A stretch of 64,000 bases of DNA from positions 105,764 through 169,763 of the IMG/VR virus record IMGVR_UViG_3300032223_002232; one strand, given 5' to 3'. This DNA comes from a virus. Numbering within the stretch: the stretch's first letter is position 1; each line of letters starts with the position of its first letter. The notes beneath the pieces are model-generated. The model searched no databases and was not told the DNA's origin. It was given only the letters and a program-made list of their open reading frames with translations. This document shows positions 29,221 to 38,319 of this stretch, in pieces. The translations under genes were made by a program, and so were the position numbers.

Positions 29221-31104
29221 TTATATTATAATGGATGGTTTCCATTCTTCTCCATTATATAATTTATCTTTATTATCCATATTATGCTTATCAATTGGTT
29301 CTATTGATGGTGGTTCAACACCAACATTACCCCAATTAGATAACCAATTCATAAGACTAGCAGCATCATCAAGATGCATTGCATCCCTATTATCATATTT
29401 TCCAACAAAAGAATATGTTTTATTAATTAAAATATTTTTCTTCAGACTTGAAACCTGCCCATAAAATAATGGACTTTTTTTAATTAAATCTGAATTATCA
29501 ACCAAAGGTTTTATTTTTAACGGTCTACCCTGATCATCATTTTCAATAATGTTATAATATTTTGAAGCAATAGCTGGATCTAAAATAAATAAACCCCATA
29601 TTAAAGATAAAACTCTATCGTCTAAATCTTCATCTTTTCTTTTACTAAATGTAAAATTTGCATGTCTAACGAAATTACTGAGTTCTAAAAGGGTATCCAT
29701 ATCATATAATTCTAATGCCTTTAAACTATTAGCCCAATATCTAAAATTCGTAACACCCCTGTATCTTGTATTCGTGTGGTTATGTATACCAAAACGATTT
29801 TCTCTATTATAATGTTTACTCATACCATCAAACTGATATGATACAACTGATTCATAATTATGAGTCTGGCATAAAACGTCTAAAACTTGCTGACCATTAT
29901 TATTATTTTCAACAAGGATTGGTGGTCTTCCCCAATCATCAAGAATACCCATAAGTCTTGTTCCAAAATGAAAAGGGCTTATTTGATTTGAAGCATAAAT
30001 TGCAACTTGTTTTATTCTTGTTAAATCTGAAAAATCTAAAACCTGTGCTACTGTATTACTTCTGCCAATACCTTCACTAACGTCAACACCAATAGCATAA
30101 AAACTTTCAGGATTTGGTTCATTAAAAATTTTATAATCACCATTATCCATTACAAGAATTGGCTCTTTACACTGTGCTTTTAATTGCTCAAGCAATTCAG
30201 GATCAATTGCAGTTTTACCTTTTTCATGGAAAACGTTTCCATACTCCTGATCAAAATCTTCTTTAGAACCAATTGCATCTGTAGCATCTTTTTTCCATTG
30301 TTCATCTCTTCCCGGTACTTCCCACCAATCAACTCGTTCTAAGTGCCATTCACTGTTAGGTTCTTGTGATTGTTTATATAAATCATAAAATTTATTATCA
30401 ACACCATTAGGTGTACTAATAATAACTAACTGTGATTTCTTAGAAGATGAAATAATTGGAATAGCTGACTTCCATAATTCTCTCATCAAATCAGGTTGAC
30501 AGTGAGCCATTTCATCAATAATAAGAAGATTACTTGAACTACCACGAGGACCAGCACTTGATGTAGAACTTACTGTAATGGCAGAATCGTTTTCAAGTTG
30601 AAATCCATCTTTTCTCCAAGACTTAACTGATGGTTTCATCCAAAGTGGAAGTTGTTCAAACGCCATTTTAATACGAGCAAAAACTTCCTTTGCAGTGTCT
30701 TCTTTATTTGCAACAATAGTAATTCTCTTATCATTTTGGAAACAAACCATCCAAAGAGCATAGATAGTGATTGTAGTAGTTTTTCCACTCTGACGGCTTG
30801 ATAGCACTACATTAAATCTATTATTAGCAAAAGCTTTTAAAAGACGTTTCTGGTATTTTCTAAGTTCAATTTTTTGTTTACCTTCATCAAGTGTTGTAAT
30901 AAAGAAATAATTTTCAGCAAAATGTAATATTTTTTTGTTACAAGTTTTAATCTCCTCAATCATCTGAGGAGTCCATTTTATTTGAGCATTACCCCTTAAA
31001 AGGTTTTCATTACCTTTAAAGAAATTACCATCGACTAATACATCTTCATTTGATATATTAGCTAGATCAACCTCTTCTACTTCTGTTTTTTTCTTTCGTC
31101 CCAT
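29221..31104 (-). CDS. terL: Terminase large subunit (T4 gp17)
   Basis: SRQSGKTT, IIDEMAH, ISTPNG, QEY, GVDVSEG, VENN, DDRV. Confidence 0.95.
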   Translation of the reverse strand: MGRKKKTEVEEVDLANISNEDVLVDGNFFKGNENLLRGNAQIKWTPQMIEEIKTCNKKILHFAENYFFITTLDEGKQKIELRKYQKRLLKAFANNRFNVVLSSRQSGKTTTITIYALWMVCFQNDKRITIVANKEDTAKEVFARIKMAFEQLPLWMKPSVKSWRKDGFQLENDSAITVSSTSSAGPRGSSSNLLIIDEMAHCQPDLMRELWKSAIPIISSSKKSQLVIISTPNGVDNKFYDLYKQSQEPNSEWHLERVDWWEVPGRDEQWKKDATDAIGSKEDFDQEYGNVFHEKGKTAIDPELLEQLKAQCKEPILVMDNGDYKIFNEPNPESFYAIGVDVSEGIGRSNTVAQVLDFSDLTRIKQVAIYASNQISPFHFGTRLMGILDDWGRPPILVENNNNGQQVLDVLCQTHNYESVVSYQFDGMSKHYNRENRFGIHNHTNTRYRGVTNFRYWANSLKALELYDMDTLLELSNFVRHANFTFSKRKDEDLDDRVLSLIWGLFILDPAIASKYYNIIENDDQGRPLKIKPLVDNSDLIKKSPLFYGQVSSLKKNILINKTYSFVGKYDNRDAMHLDDAASLMNWLSNWGNVGVEPPSIEPIDKHNMDNKDKLYNGEEWKPSIII

Positions 31105-31105
31105 C

Positions 31106-31117
31106 TATAAATACTTA
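31106..31117. promoter_or_regulatory. Overlapping divergent late promoters
   Basis: TATAAATA on + (31106-31113) and TAAGTA on - (31112-31117) inside a 20-bp gap between terL and the gene at 31125. Confidence 0.6.
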
Positions 31118-31124
31118 CTGACAT

Positions 31125-31514
31125 ATGGATATTTTACCTTTAATAGATAACATGTTGTTAAAATTATCTGGTAAAAAAGATAAGATCATACCAATTTTTA
31201 TTAAATGGCCTCTGTATGAATTGGACATTTATGATCAAAAAGGTCTTTGGTTAAATTTTAAAAGAAAATTGAATGAATTAGATCAAAGGAAATTATTATC
31301 ATCACCAACTTTAGAAGAAATTGAAAATTTTTATTATATAAATGCTGATATAGAATTTGAATTAAATTACAGTGATGATTTAGCAAAAAGAAATTTTTTA
31401 TTTAAAGTTAATGATAAAATATATTCTTATGTTATTGGTAAGAAAAATAAAAGATCAAAAAAACTTTTTTATACAAGATTCTTTTTTGATTTAAAAGAAT
31501 TTTTTAATTATTAA
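31125..31514 (+). CDS. Hypothetical protein
   Basis: 129-aa ORF with upstream TATAAATA. Confidence 0.6.
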   Translation: MDILPLIDNMLLKLSGKKDKIIPIFIKWPLYELDIYDQKGLWLNFKRKLNELDQRKLLSSPTLEEIENFYYINADIEFELNYSDDLAKRNFLFKVNDKIYSYVIGKKNKRSKKLFYTRFFFDLKEFFNY

Positions 31515-31860
31515 TTTGTTTATTTAATTCGGTTATAATAGGCCATACATATTGACTCTTTAAAAGTTTCAATTTTGTCCCTAGTTCTGGCATTTCTAAT
31601 GGGTTTGTAATTCTATTATATTCACAAACTAACCACCAAAGATATACTGTATTATAATATTTATAAGATATATTAATCCAAGTATCATTTGGTTCAACGT
31701 AATATATATCCTCAACTGAACTGTCTTGTGCAGGGAAAATATTTATTGATCTTAATAGATTATAAAATTTTGTTTGATCTTTATCTTGATAGATATTGAA
31801 AAAGTTTTCATATCTATATAAAGATAAATTTGGTAATTCTGTAAAGTCTGCTTGTTTCAT
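31504..31860 (-). CDS. Baseplate wedge protein (gp53, LysM-like)
   Basis: Y.V.PNDTW.NISYKYY....LWWLV..YN.I.NP. Confidence 0.85.
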   Translation of the reverse strand: MKQADFTELPNLSLYRYENFFNIYQDKDQTKFYNLLRSINIFPAQDSSVEDIYYVEPNDTWINISYKYYNTVYLWWLVCEYNRITNPLEMPELGTKLKLLKSQYVWPIITELNKQINN

Positions 31861-31863
31861 AAA

Positions 31864-32946
31864 TTATGGTCCTGTTACAACTTGTACACCTTTTGCGATT
31901 GCAGTTTTAGTTTTATCGACACCTTTATTAAAACCTTCAACAGCTGCTCCTTTAGCAAGATTAAAACCTTCCGATAATGATGTTGGTGCATTCGTAATTT
32001 CAATTTTTGAACCGCCCATTGTAGCTCCAAATACATTTGAACTTGGTGAAAGAAGATCTACAAAAGTAATTGTAACTTTATATGCTTCTGGTATTAATAT
32101 TTCTTTAGGACCAAATTGTGCATAATCCCAAAGTTTTCTTGTTGTGCCAATACTATCAACTTTAAATTCACTTACATAGGCTGCTGCCATATATTTTCCA
32201 CCAATTGAACCAGCATCAACTACATATATTTTTGGAGGTAAAAAGGTTAATAATGAAGTTCTTGTCTTCATATTTTGAAATGCAAATAAATTTACAAAAC
32301 TAAAATGATTAAATGCATCTTCTTGTGAAATTGTATTATATAAAGGAAATGATAAAGTTAATGACAATGGTGAACTTCCACCATATTGCATTGTTTGTTC
32401 AAAACCAACTCCGGGCAAAATACCATTAAGAGCACCACCAACAGAAGCACCTATTTTTGCAGCTGTACCTTTTCCACCACTAGATGTAGAATTAAATATA
32501 TCACCAATTGTTGATGCAGGGTTCCATGTATTTCCTACAGCATTTAAATTATCACCATTTTTTAAAAGATATGGCATATTATACCAAAATCCAGTATTAC
32601 TTGCAGCATATAATGAAACATAACTATCTAAACCTTTACCTGATGTTACATTTTTAGCTTGTTTTACAATCTCAAGAAAATTTGCTGCCCATGTACCCAT
32701 TTCAATTTGTTTTTCAGTTATAAAAACACTAGGAACTTCATCAGTACTAGTATAGTTAGACCAACGCATAGTATTAGTAACATCAACTAATCCAGAACCT
32801 TTTGGTTTTAAAATAGTATATGGTTGAGCTAAATTAGAAGCTCCATATGACAATGCTGGGCTTTCTTCAGCAGTAAAATAGTTATTTGATGCAAACGCAC
32901 TCTGTATACCTTGTGCGCCAGATCCAGATTGATTACTAGTATCCAT
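31864..32946 (-). CDS. Baseplate tail-tube cap (gp48-like)
   Basis: LTLSFPLYNT, LPPKIY, A.VSEF.V, IPEAYKVTITF; position next to gp53. Confidence 0.65.
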   Translation of the reverse strand: MDTSNQSGSGAQGIQSAFASNNYFTAEESPALSYGASNLAQPYTILKPKGSGLVDVTNTMRWSNYTSTDEVPSVFITEKQIEMGTWAANFLEIVKQAKNVTSGKGLDSYVSLYAASNTGFWYNMPYLLKNGDNLNAVGNTWNPASTIGDIFNSTSSGGKGTAAKIGASVGGALNGILPGVGFEQTMQYGGSSPLSLTLSFPLYNTISQEDAFNHFSFVNLFAFQNMKTRTSLLTFLPPKIYVVDAGSIGGKYMAAAYVSEFKVDSIGTTRKLWDYAQFGPKEILIPEAYKVTITFVDLLSPSSNVFGATMGGSKIEITNAPTSLSEGFNLAKGAAVEGFNKGVDKTKTAIAKGVQVVTGP

Positions 32947-32955
32947 ATATAATAT

Positions 32956-35193
32956 TTAGATAGTAGCCCTTATTCTTTCAGAATTACCCCACCAAGCACT
33001 TCTAGCTGAAGCATTAGGATCTATTTGTGGTGTAAATAAATAATCTTTACTTGAATGAGAACTACCACCGCCACCACCAGAAACCGTAATTGGTATTGGA
33101 TTTTCTTGTGCTTCTTTTAAAACTTCAATTAAAGAATTTACAGCTTTCACTAAGATATTTGTAGATTCTTGCGTTTTTTGCATTATAACATCAGGATCTG
33201 TTGTTTTTGGTGGTCCTTCATCTTTAACTGGTTCATATTTTACATCAGTTTTATCTTCTAATATTTTTGGAGTCTCTTTTGTTGATGGTTCATAATTAAG
33301 ATTTTGTGTTTTATTCTCACCACCAATATCTATTTTACTAAATTTTTCCATTAAACCACTAATACCAGCCATTGGATTTAACATGGAACTTAAATCTAAA
33401 TCATCAGCTTCTGGTGTTTTTTGTTTTATTGGTTCAACTTTTTGTGTTTTTGATGTTTCTTCTGTTTTTTGTGAAGATGTTTGTTGCTGTGTATTTTCAG
33501 TTTGAGATGAATCTGTAACTGGTTGTTGACCAGTAGCTTTAGAAGCTTCTAATGATTTCTTCCTTTTTTCTATTTCATCTTGAGCTAATTGTTGTGGTGT
33601 AACTGCTGGTGGTGTTGCAGGTGTTTCTATAATTTCACCCTTTGAATCCAAAGGTATACCCATGAAATTAGCAATATCTGTTTTTAACCAAGATGGTAAC
33701 CAACTAAACCAACCAAGAATTGCTTTACCAACTTTCTTTTTAATACTATCCATCAATGATGATGCACTAAATTTTGCACCAGCACCAGCATTTGCTGGAG
33801 TTCCAGCTGATAATATATTTTCAAAGAAAGAAGCAATTGGAGCAAATATAGGTATATTTTTCATACCATTTAATCCAATTTGCATACCACCAATATCACC
33901 AGAAATTATGCTTGTTATAAAATCCCATGTTCCAGTAATACCACCAACAAGACTTGCTACGAATGGAACTTTCATTAACATATTACCTAAACCAGTAAAG
34001 ATTCCTGTTAACGCACCTAACTTAGATTTTTGCCCTTCCTCACCTTTAGCACCATCAGATTTATAATCTAAAAAGGCATTTAAAGCAGAAGCACCTAAAG
34101 ATAAAGCAATACCAACGCCCGGTATAAGATCTCCAATACCACCAGCAAAATCTATAACAGAACCAATATAATCACCTTTATTAAATCTATCATATGCAAA
34201 GTAAAAACTAATTAAACTGCCAATTACTGGTATTGCTTTTAATGCAGCAAAACCAACACCTTTAAATAAGCCGCCAGCAATTTTTGGTAATAACTTTTTG
34301 AAAATACCACCACCCTTGGCTGCTGCTGCTGCACCTTCACCAATACCTTCAGCGGCTGGTAAAATCATTTTTATAGCACTTTTAAGGACACTCTCTATCA
34401 AATCACCAAAAGACGTAAAAGCTTTACCTACGAGGCTTGTAATGCCACCAAAGGCTACCTTAAGACCACCCACAGTAAACCATTTACCAATACCTTCTGC
34501 AATTCCTTGAAATTTATCAAGAAAGTCTAATTTAGTTCCTATTGCATTTTCAAGCCAAGGTTTAATTTTATCCCAGAATGCAGTAACAAGTAGTGTAGCA
34601 ATCCCACCGAGAGCTAAAAGCTTACCTATCATACCCAAGAAACCTTCTTGCTTTGTATTTGCAAGAATTTGATCTTGTTTCTCTAATGAATCTTTAAAAT
34701 ACTTTTTAAATTCACCCTGCATCTTTTCGTCAAAACCAACATTCTTCATTATACCTTTAAAGAAAGATTGGGTTTTATCTGAAAATTCTACTTGTTCTAC
34801 TTTAGGACCAAGTGTTTTTTGTTCACCATCTTCCTGTTGAGGTTTTTGTGCATTTTCTAATGACTGAGGTAAAACTGATGCAGCTGGTGTATCTTTGATT
34901 TTATCAATTGGGTTATCTTTTTTAGCCTTATCATCCTTTTTTTGTTGAGGATTATCAGGTAAATCTTTCATATTCAAAGACTCTTTTACCTTTTTTCTAT
35001 ACTGTTCTACATCATTTTTAAATTCTTTTGCTGTCTTATTAAGACCAAGTGGATCAGAAATTGTCTTATCAATATTTTTTATAACACTTGAAAGTTTCTT
35101 AAAAACTTCTTGTTTCAAAGCATCAAACTGCTCACCACCTAATATTTCTAATAGTGACTTTGAATCTAAACCTTGTGTTTCACCTTCTGGCAT
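32956..35193 (-). CDS. Tape measure protein (gp29-like)
   Basis: Gly/Ala-rich hydrophobic helices, KAIPVIG..I...FAYDRF..GDY.G motif; position in the tail module. Confidence 0.75.
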   Translation of the reverse strand: MPEGETQGLDSKSLLEILGGEQFDALKQEVFKKLSSVIKNIDKTISDPLGLNKTAKEFKNDVEQYRKKVKESLNMKDLPDNPQQKKDDKAKKDNPIDKIKDTPAASVLPQSLENAQKPQQEDGEQKTLGPKVEQVEFSDKTQSFFKGIMKNVGFDEKMQGEFKKYFKDSLEKQDQILANTKQEGFLGMIGKLLALGGIATLLVTAFWDKIKPWLENAIGTKLDFLDKFQGIAEGIGKWFTVGGLKVAFGGITSLVGKAFTSFGDLIESVLKSAIKMILPAAEGIGEGAAAAAKGGGIFKKLLPKIAGGLFKGVGFAALKAIPVIGSLISFYFAYDRFNKGDYIGSVIDFAGGIGDLIPGVGIALSLGASALNAFLDYKSDGAKGEEGQKSKLGALTGIFTGLGNMLMKVPFVASLVGGITGTWDFITSIISGDIGGMQIGLNGMKNIPIFAPIASFFENILSAGTPANAGAGAKFSASSLMDSIKKKVGKAILGWFSWLPSWLKTDIANFMGIPLDSKGEIIETPATPPAVTPQQLAQDEIEKRKKSLEASKATGQQPVTDSSQTENTQQQTSSQKTEETSKTQKVEPIKQKTPEADDLDLSSMLNPMAGISGLMEKFSKIDIGGENKTQNLNYEPSTKETPKILEDKTDVKYEPVKDEGPPKTTDPDVIMQKTQESTNILVKAVNSLIEVLKEAQENPIPITVSGGGGGSSHSSKDYLFTPQIDPNASARSAWWGNSERIRATI

Positions 35194-35227
35194 ATAGTAT
35201 ACTTATTATACTATATTAAAATTTAAC

Positions 35228-36043
35228 TTAATTTAAAAAGAGTAAACTATCAATAGAAATAGTCTTTTTATAATCATCTTGGGTTACAGTAAGAACTTCA
35301 TCCAACTCTTTCTTCCAAGATGATATCTTTTCCAAGATTTTCTGTAATAAACCACTTGGTAACTTTTCAACAACACCAACTCTTTGTTTGAAAGACATAC
35401 TATCAAAATCAACTTCACTATCATTAATCCAGATTTTACTGATATACTTTGAAGTTTCGCCTATAAATGCGGCAGTAATTATATTCTGAACATCTTGATT
35501 TGTTTTAATATCTTCTGTCTTTTTATTCTTTTTAAATTCAGTATCATAATCTAATTCTATTTTTAAATTAGGATATCTAACTTCAGCTTTTAATGTAACT
35601 TTATCATTAATAAGATCTAAAATCACATTTTGTGGTGTTTGATATGTGCGAAATTTATTTATAACATCTTCAACATTAATAATACCAATAACTTCAGATT
35701 TCTCATCAAATACTATTTTTAATTCATTTGATATTTGACCTTTAAGTTGCAAAGCAATACAAGCTTTATCGCTTATCGTAAGAGTATCAATTACATCATT
35801 ACCTTCATCATGAATTAAATTATCTTTTAAAATATTATAAAATGCATTAGAAAAACCTAAATTATAAACAGATGTATCCATAGCAGCACCCAATAGTTCT
35901 TTCTGTTGTTTGGCATTTATCTCTTTAAAAGTAAGAGTATTATTCTTGGATGGAACATATGCATCAACTGTAAATGCATTAGATACATCGTTTAATGTAT
36001 TAATAGCTTGATTAAAATCCAAAATGTTAATTTCTTCTGTCAT
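35228..36043 (-). CDS. Baseplate hub assembly protein (gp26-like)
   Basis: VPS....TFKEINAKQQKELL, LT..DK..I.LQL, RYP. Confidence 0.7.
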   Translation of the reverse strand: MTEEINILDFNQAINTLNDVSNAFTVDAYVPSKNNTLTFKEINAKQQKELLGAAMDTSVYNLGFSNAFYNILKDNLIHDEGNDVIDTLTISDKACIALQLKGQISNELKIVFDEKSEVIGIINVEDVINKFRTYQTPQNVILDLINDKVTLKAEVRYPNLKIELDYDTEFKKNKKTEDIKTNQDVQNIITAAFIGETSKYISKIWINDSEVDFDSMSFKQRVGVVEKLPSGLLQKILEKISSWKKELDEVLTVTQDDYKKTISIDSLLFLN

Positions 36044-36051
36044 GTGATTAT

Positions 36052-37002
36052 TTATGGTACTTGCTCACCAAATTCAAGGGCTAAATCTTTAAGGGCATTA
36101 CTATTTTGACTATTATTACCATCTCTTTTACTTCTTTGTTCTTGTATTATTGATATATAAATCTTTCTTTCAGATGGTGATAAATTTAAAGTATATTCTG
36201 GGTTTATATTAGAGTTTGCTAAAAAATGGATTTCAGAATAAATTGATTTTACATCATAAGAAAATATCATTTTTATATGTTCTATAAAACTTAAATTATA
36301 GATATTAAATCTTTGTTCTTTAAATATCGAAACGTTAAAAATTTCAGATGTTATTAGTTCTTTCAATGCATTAAAAATTTTATTTTGAGAAATTAACTTT
36401 AAATGCATTGGCAATGAATCCAACAAATCATTTTTTTGTTTTGAACTAAATGAATTAAATTGTATTTTCTTATTATCTATTTTTATATACTCTATAAATT
36501 CTTGTATGGAATCATTTATAGATTCATATATATTTTTATCATTTATAAGAAATTCATTAAAAACATTAATGCTTTTTACTATAGGCCAATTTATCTTTAT
36601 AGTTATATTGTTTTCAATTACCGTATTGTTTTCTTCATTTTCAAAAAAACTTGAAGCTCTGTATAAATTTGCAAGATAAGATTTTAAATCAAGTTGTATT
36701 TTGGTTTTTCTCTCAGAGTCTTTCATTAAAAACTCTATAACATTACCAACACTTAAAATTCTTAATTTAACCAAAAATAAAACATATTCAATGATTGTTA
36801 TATTTTGAATATCGTTAAAATTTTCAACACAATTTTCCAATACGTTTAAAATAAAATTATGATAGTCGATTAAAGATTCCTTTGTATTTGCAATGGTTAA
36901 ATTAGCCTTTGCAAGTGCAATTTGCTCTTTTGTATTTAATTCTCTATGATGTAATTTTATTTTAGTATGGGGTAAATCCAAACTATAATTGTAATATTCC
37001 AC
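36052..37002 (-). CDS. Baseplate hub assembly protein (gp26-like with gp51-like C-terminus)
   Basis: RELNTKEQ, EYVLFLVKLRILSVG, and C-terminal NLSPSERKIYI. Confidence 0.7.
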   Translation of the reverse strand: MEYYNYSLDLPHTKIKLHHRELNTKEQIALAKANLTIANTKESLIDYHNFILNVLENCVENFNDIQNITIIEYVLFLVKLRILSVGNVIEFLMKDSERKTKIQLDLKSYLANLYRASSFFENEENNTVIENNITIKINWPIVKSINVFNEFLINDKNIYESINDSIQEFIEYIKIDNKKIQFNSFSSKQKNDLLDSLPMHLKLISQNKIFNALKELITSEIFNVSIFKEQRFNIYNLSFIEHIKMIFSYDVKSIYSEIHFLANSNINPEYTLNLSPSERKIYISIIQEQRSKRDGNNSQNSNALKDLALEFGEQVP

Positions 37003-37010
37003 AATTAAAT

Positions 37011-37730
37011 TTATGGCAATGACAGTAAATTTCCAGTATTACCATCCATTACAGCATATCTATCATATATGAATTTAACATCACCATATTTTAAACCTTC
37101 TTCTTGATATGAATAAGTTTCACCGGGTAATGCGATAGGAGCAACATTATAAAATCTATATACCTTTCTAACTTGCATCGGATTATATGCACCAGTTTTA
37201 GCGTACATAACAACATCAGCAAAATTACATTTTACATTTTTAGGTGAATTTGGATTTCTTGCAATAAGACCATTATAACCAACAGAAATAACCCAAGGTC
37301 TTATTATAAAATCTAAAAATGATGCATTAGTTTCAAGTAATGTAACGCTAAATGGTTCATACTTGCCTCTTGTAGAGGCTGTAGCTGGTGCTTGAAAACC
37401 ACCATAATCAAGTCCTTGATTGCTTGCTTCTATTGTTTCTCCGGGTAATTGAACTTGTCTTGCAAAAGCACAACCCATCATATTATCAACAGATGTTTGT
37501 AATTTACCATCTAACAAATAATTTGTTACATCAGTATTATAAGTCCACTCCGCACCAGCTTCTCTTGATCTTAAACTATTTTGAATTGAACCCATCAATC
37601 CATTATTTCCAGTAATATTACTGAAATCAAAATACATTAACCATTGACTTGCAAGAGCAATGCCAGTAGGCCAACTACCTAGTAAGTCTAGATAAAAAGA
37701 AAATGGACTTTTATCACTATAGATTGACAC
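37011..37730 (-). CDS. Tail tube initiator / tube-like protein (gp54-like)
   Basis: VQLPGE, F.VTLLE, YRFYNVAPI, V.FIY tube-fold motifs. Confidence 0.7.
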   Translation of the reverse strand: MSIYSDKSPFSFYLDLLGSWPTGIALASQWLMYFDFSNITGNNGLMGSIQNSLRSREAGAEWTYNTDVTNYLLDGKLQTSVDNMMGCAFARQVQLPGETIEASNQGLDYGGFQAPATASTRGKYEPFSVTLLETNASFLDFIIRPWVISVGYNGLIARNPNSPKNVKCNFADVVMYAKTGAYNPMQVRKVYRFYNVAPIALPGETYSYQEEGLKYGDVKFIYDRYAVMDGNTGNLLSLP

Positions 37731-37756
37731 AAGAATACTTATGTCTGATTACCAAA

Positions 37757-38299
37757 TTATCTTGATAATCTCCAATACTGGTAAGCAAGTGTTACTTGTT
37801 GTTCTAACACTTCACCAGCACTTGTGACATTAACTGTTAAGTCGCCAATTGCTTGTGGATAAACACCAAATAATGTATATGTTCTAAGTGGGTTACCACT
37901 CTTATCAATGAGTGATAAAACAACTTGATTTGAAGCATCTTTACTTGGGATATTATATGCACCAGTACTATTGGAATCATTGAATACAGTATTAGTCCAA
38001 TCCTCAAACTTTCTACGAATAGAAAGATTTGCTGGTACACGGAATGTCATTTGCCAACCACCACTATTAGGATAGTTTGCTGTACCGGGAACGTTAAACT
38101 TGAGACCCATAAATGGAACCTCAACATTTGTTATTGCTCTTCCGGGGAGCGTGGTTGAAGTTACATAAAGCAACTCTTGTGTTGTGAAGCGAACTCCTCC
38201 GAGTGATACTACTCTGAAAAGATTTTGACGAGCAAAATCATTTGATATAGCTGCATCGTAGAAGTTCTCTATGCCTTGGGTGTCGAATAATCCTGCCAT
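37757..38299 (-). CDS. 19: Tail tube protein (T4 gp19)
   Basis: ARQNLFRV, TLPG, VPFMG..F.VPG, IR.KFEDW, Y.L.GVYP, VTLAYQYW. Confidence 0.92.
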   Translation of the reverse strand: MAGLFDTQGIENFYDAAISNDFARQNLFRVVSLGGVRFTTQELLYVTSTTLPGRAITNVEVPFMGLKFNVPGTANYPNSGGWQMTFRVPANLSIRRKFEDWTNTVFNDSNSTGAYNIPSKDASNQVVLSLIDKSGNPLRTYTLFGVYPQAIGDLTVNVTSAGEVLEQQVTLAYQYWRLSR

Positions 38300-38319
38300 A
38301 TTAATATTTATCCTTTAGG

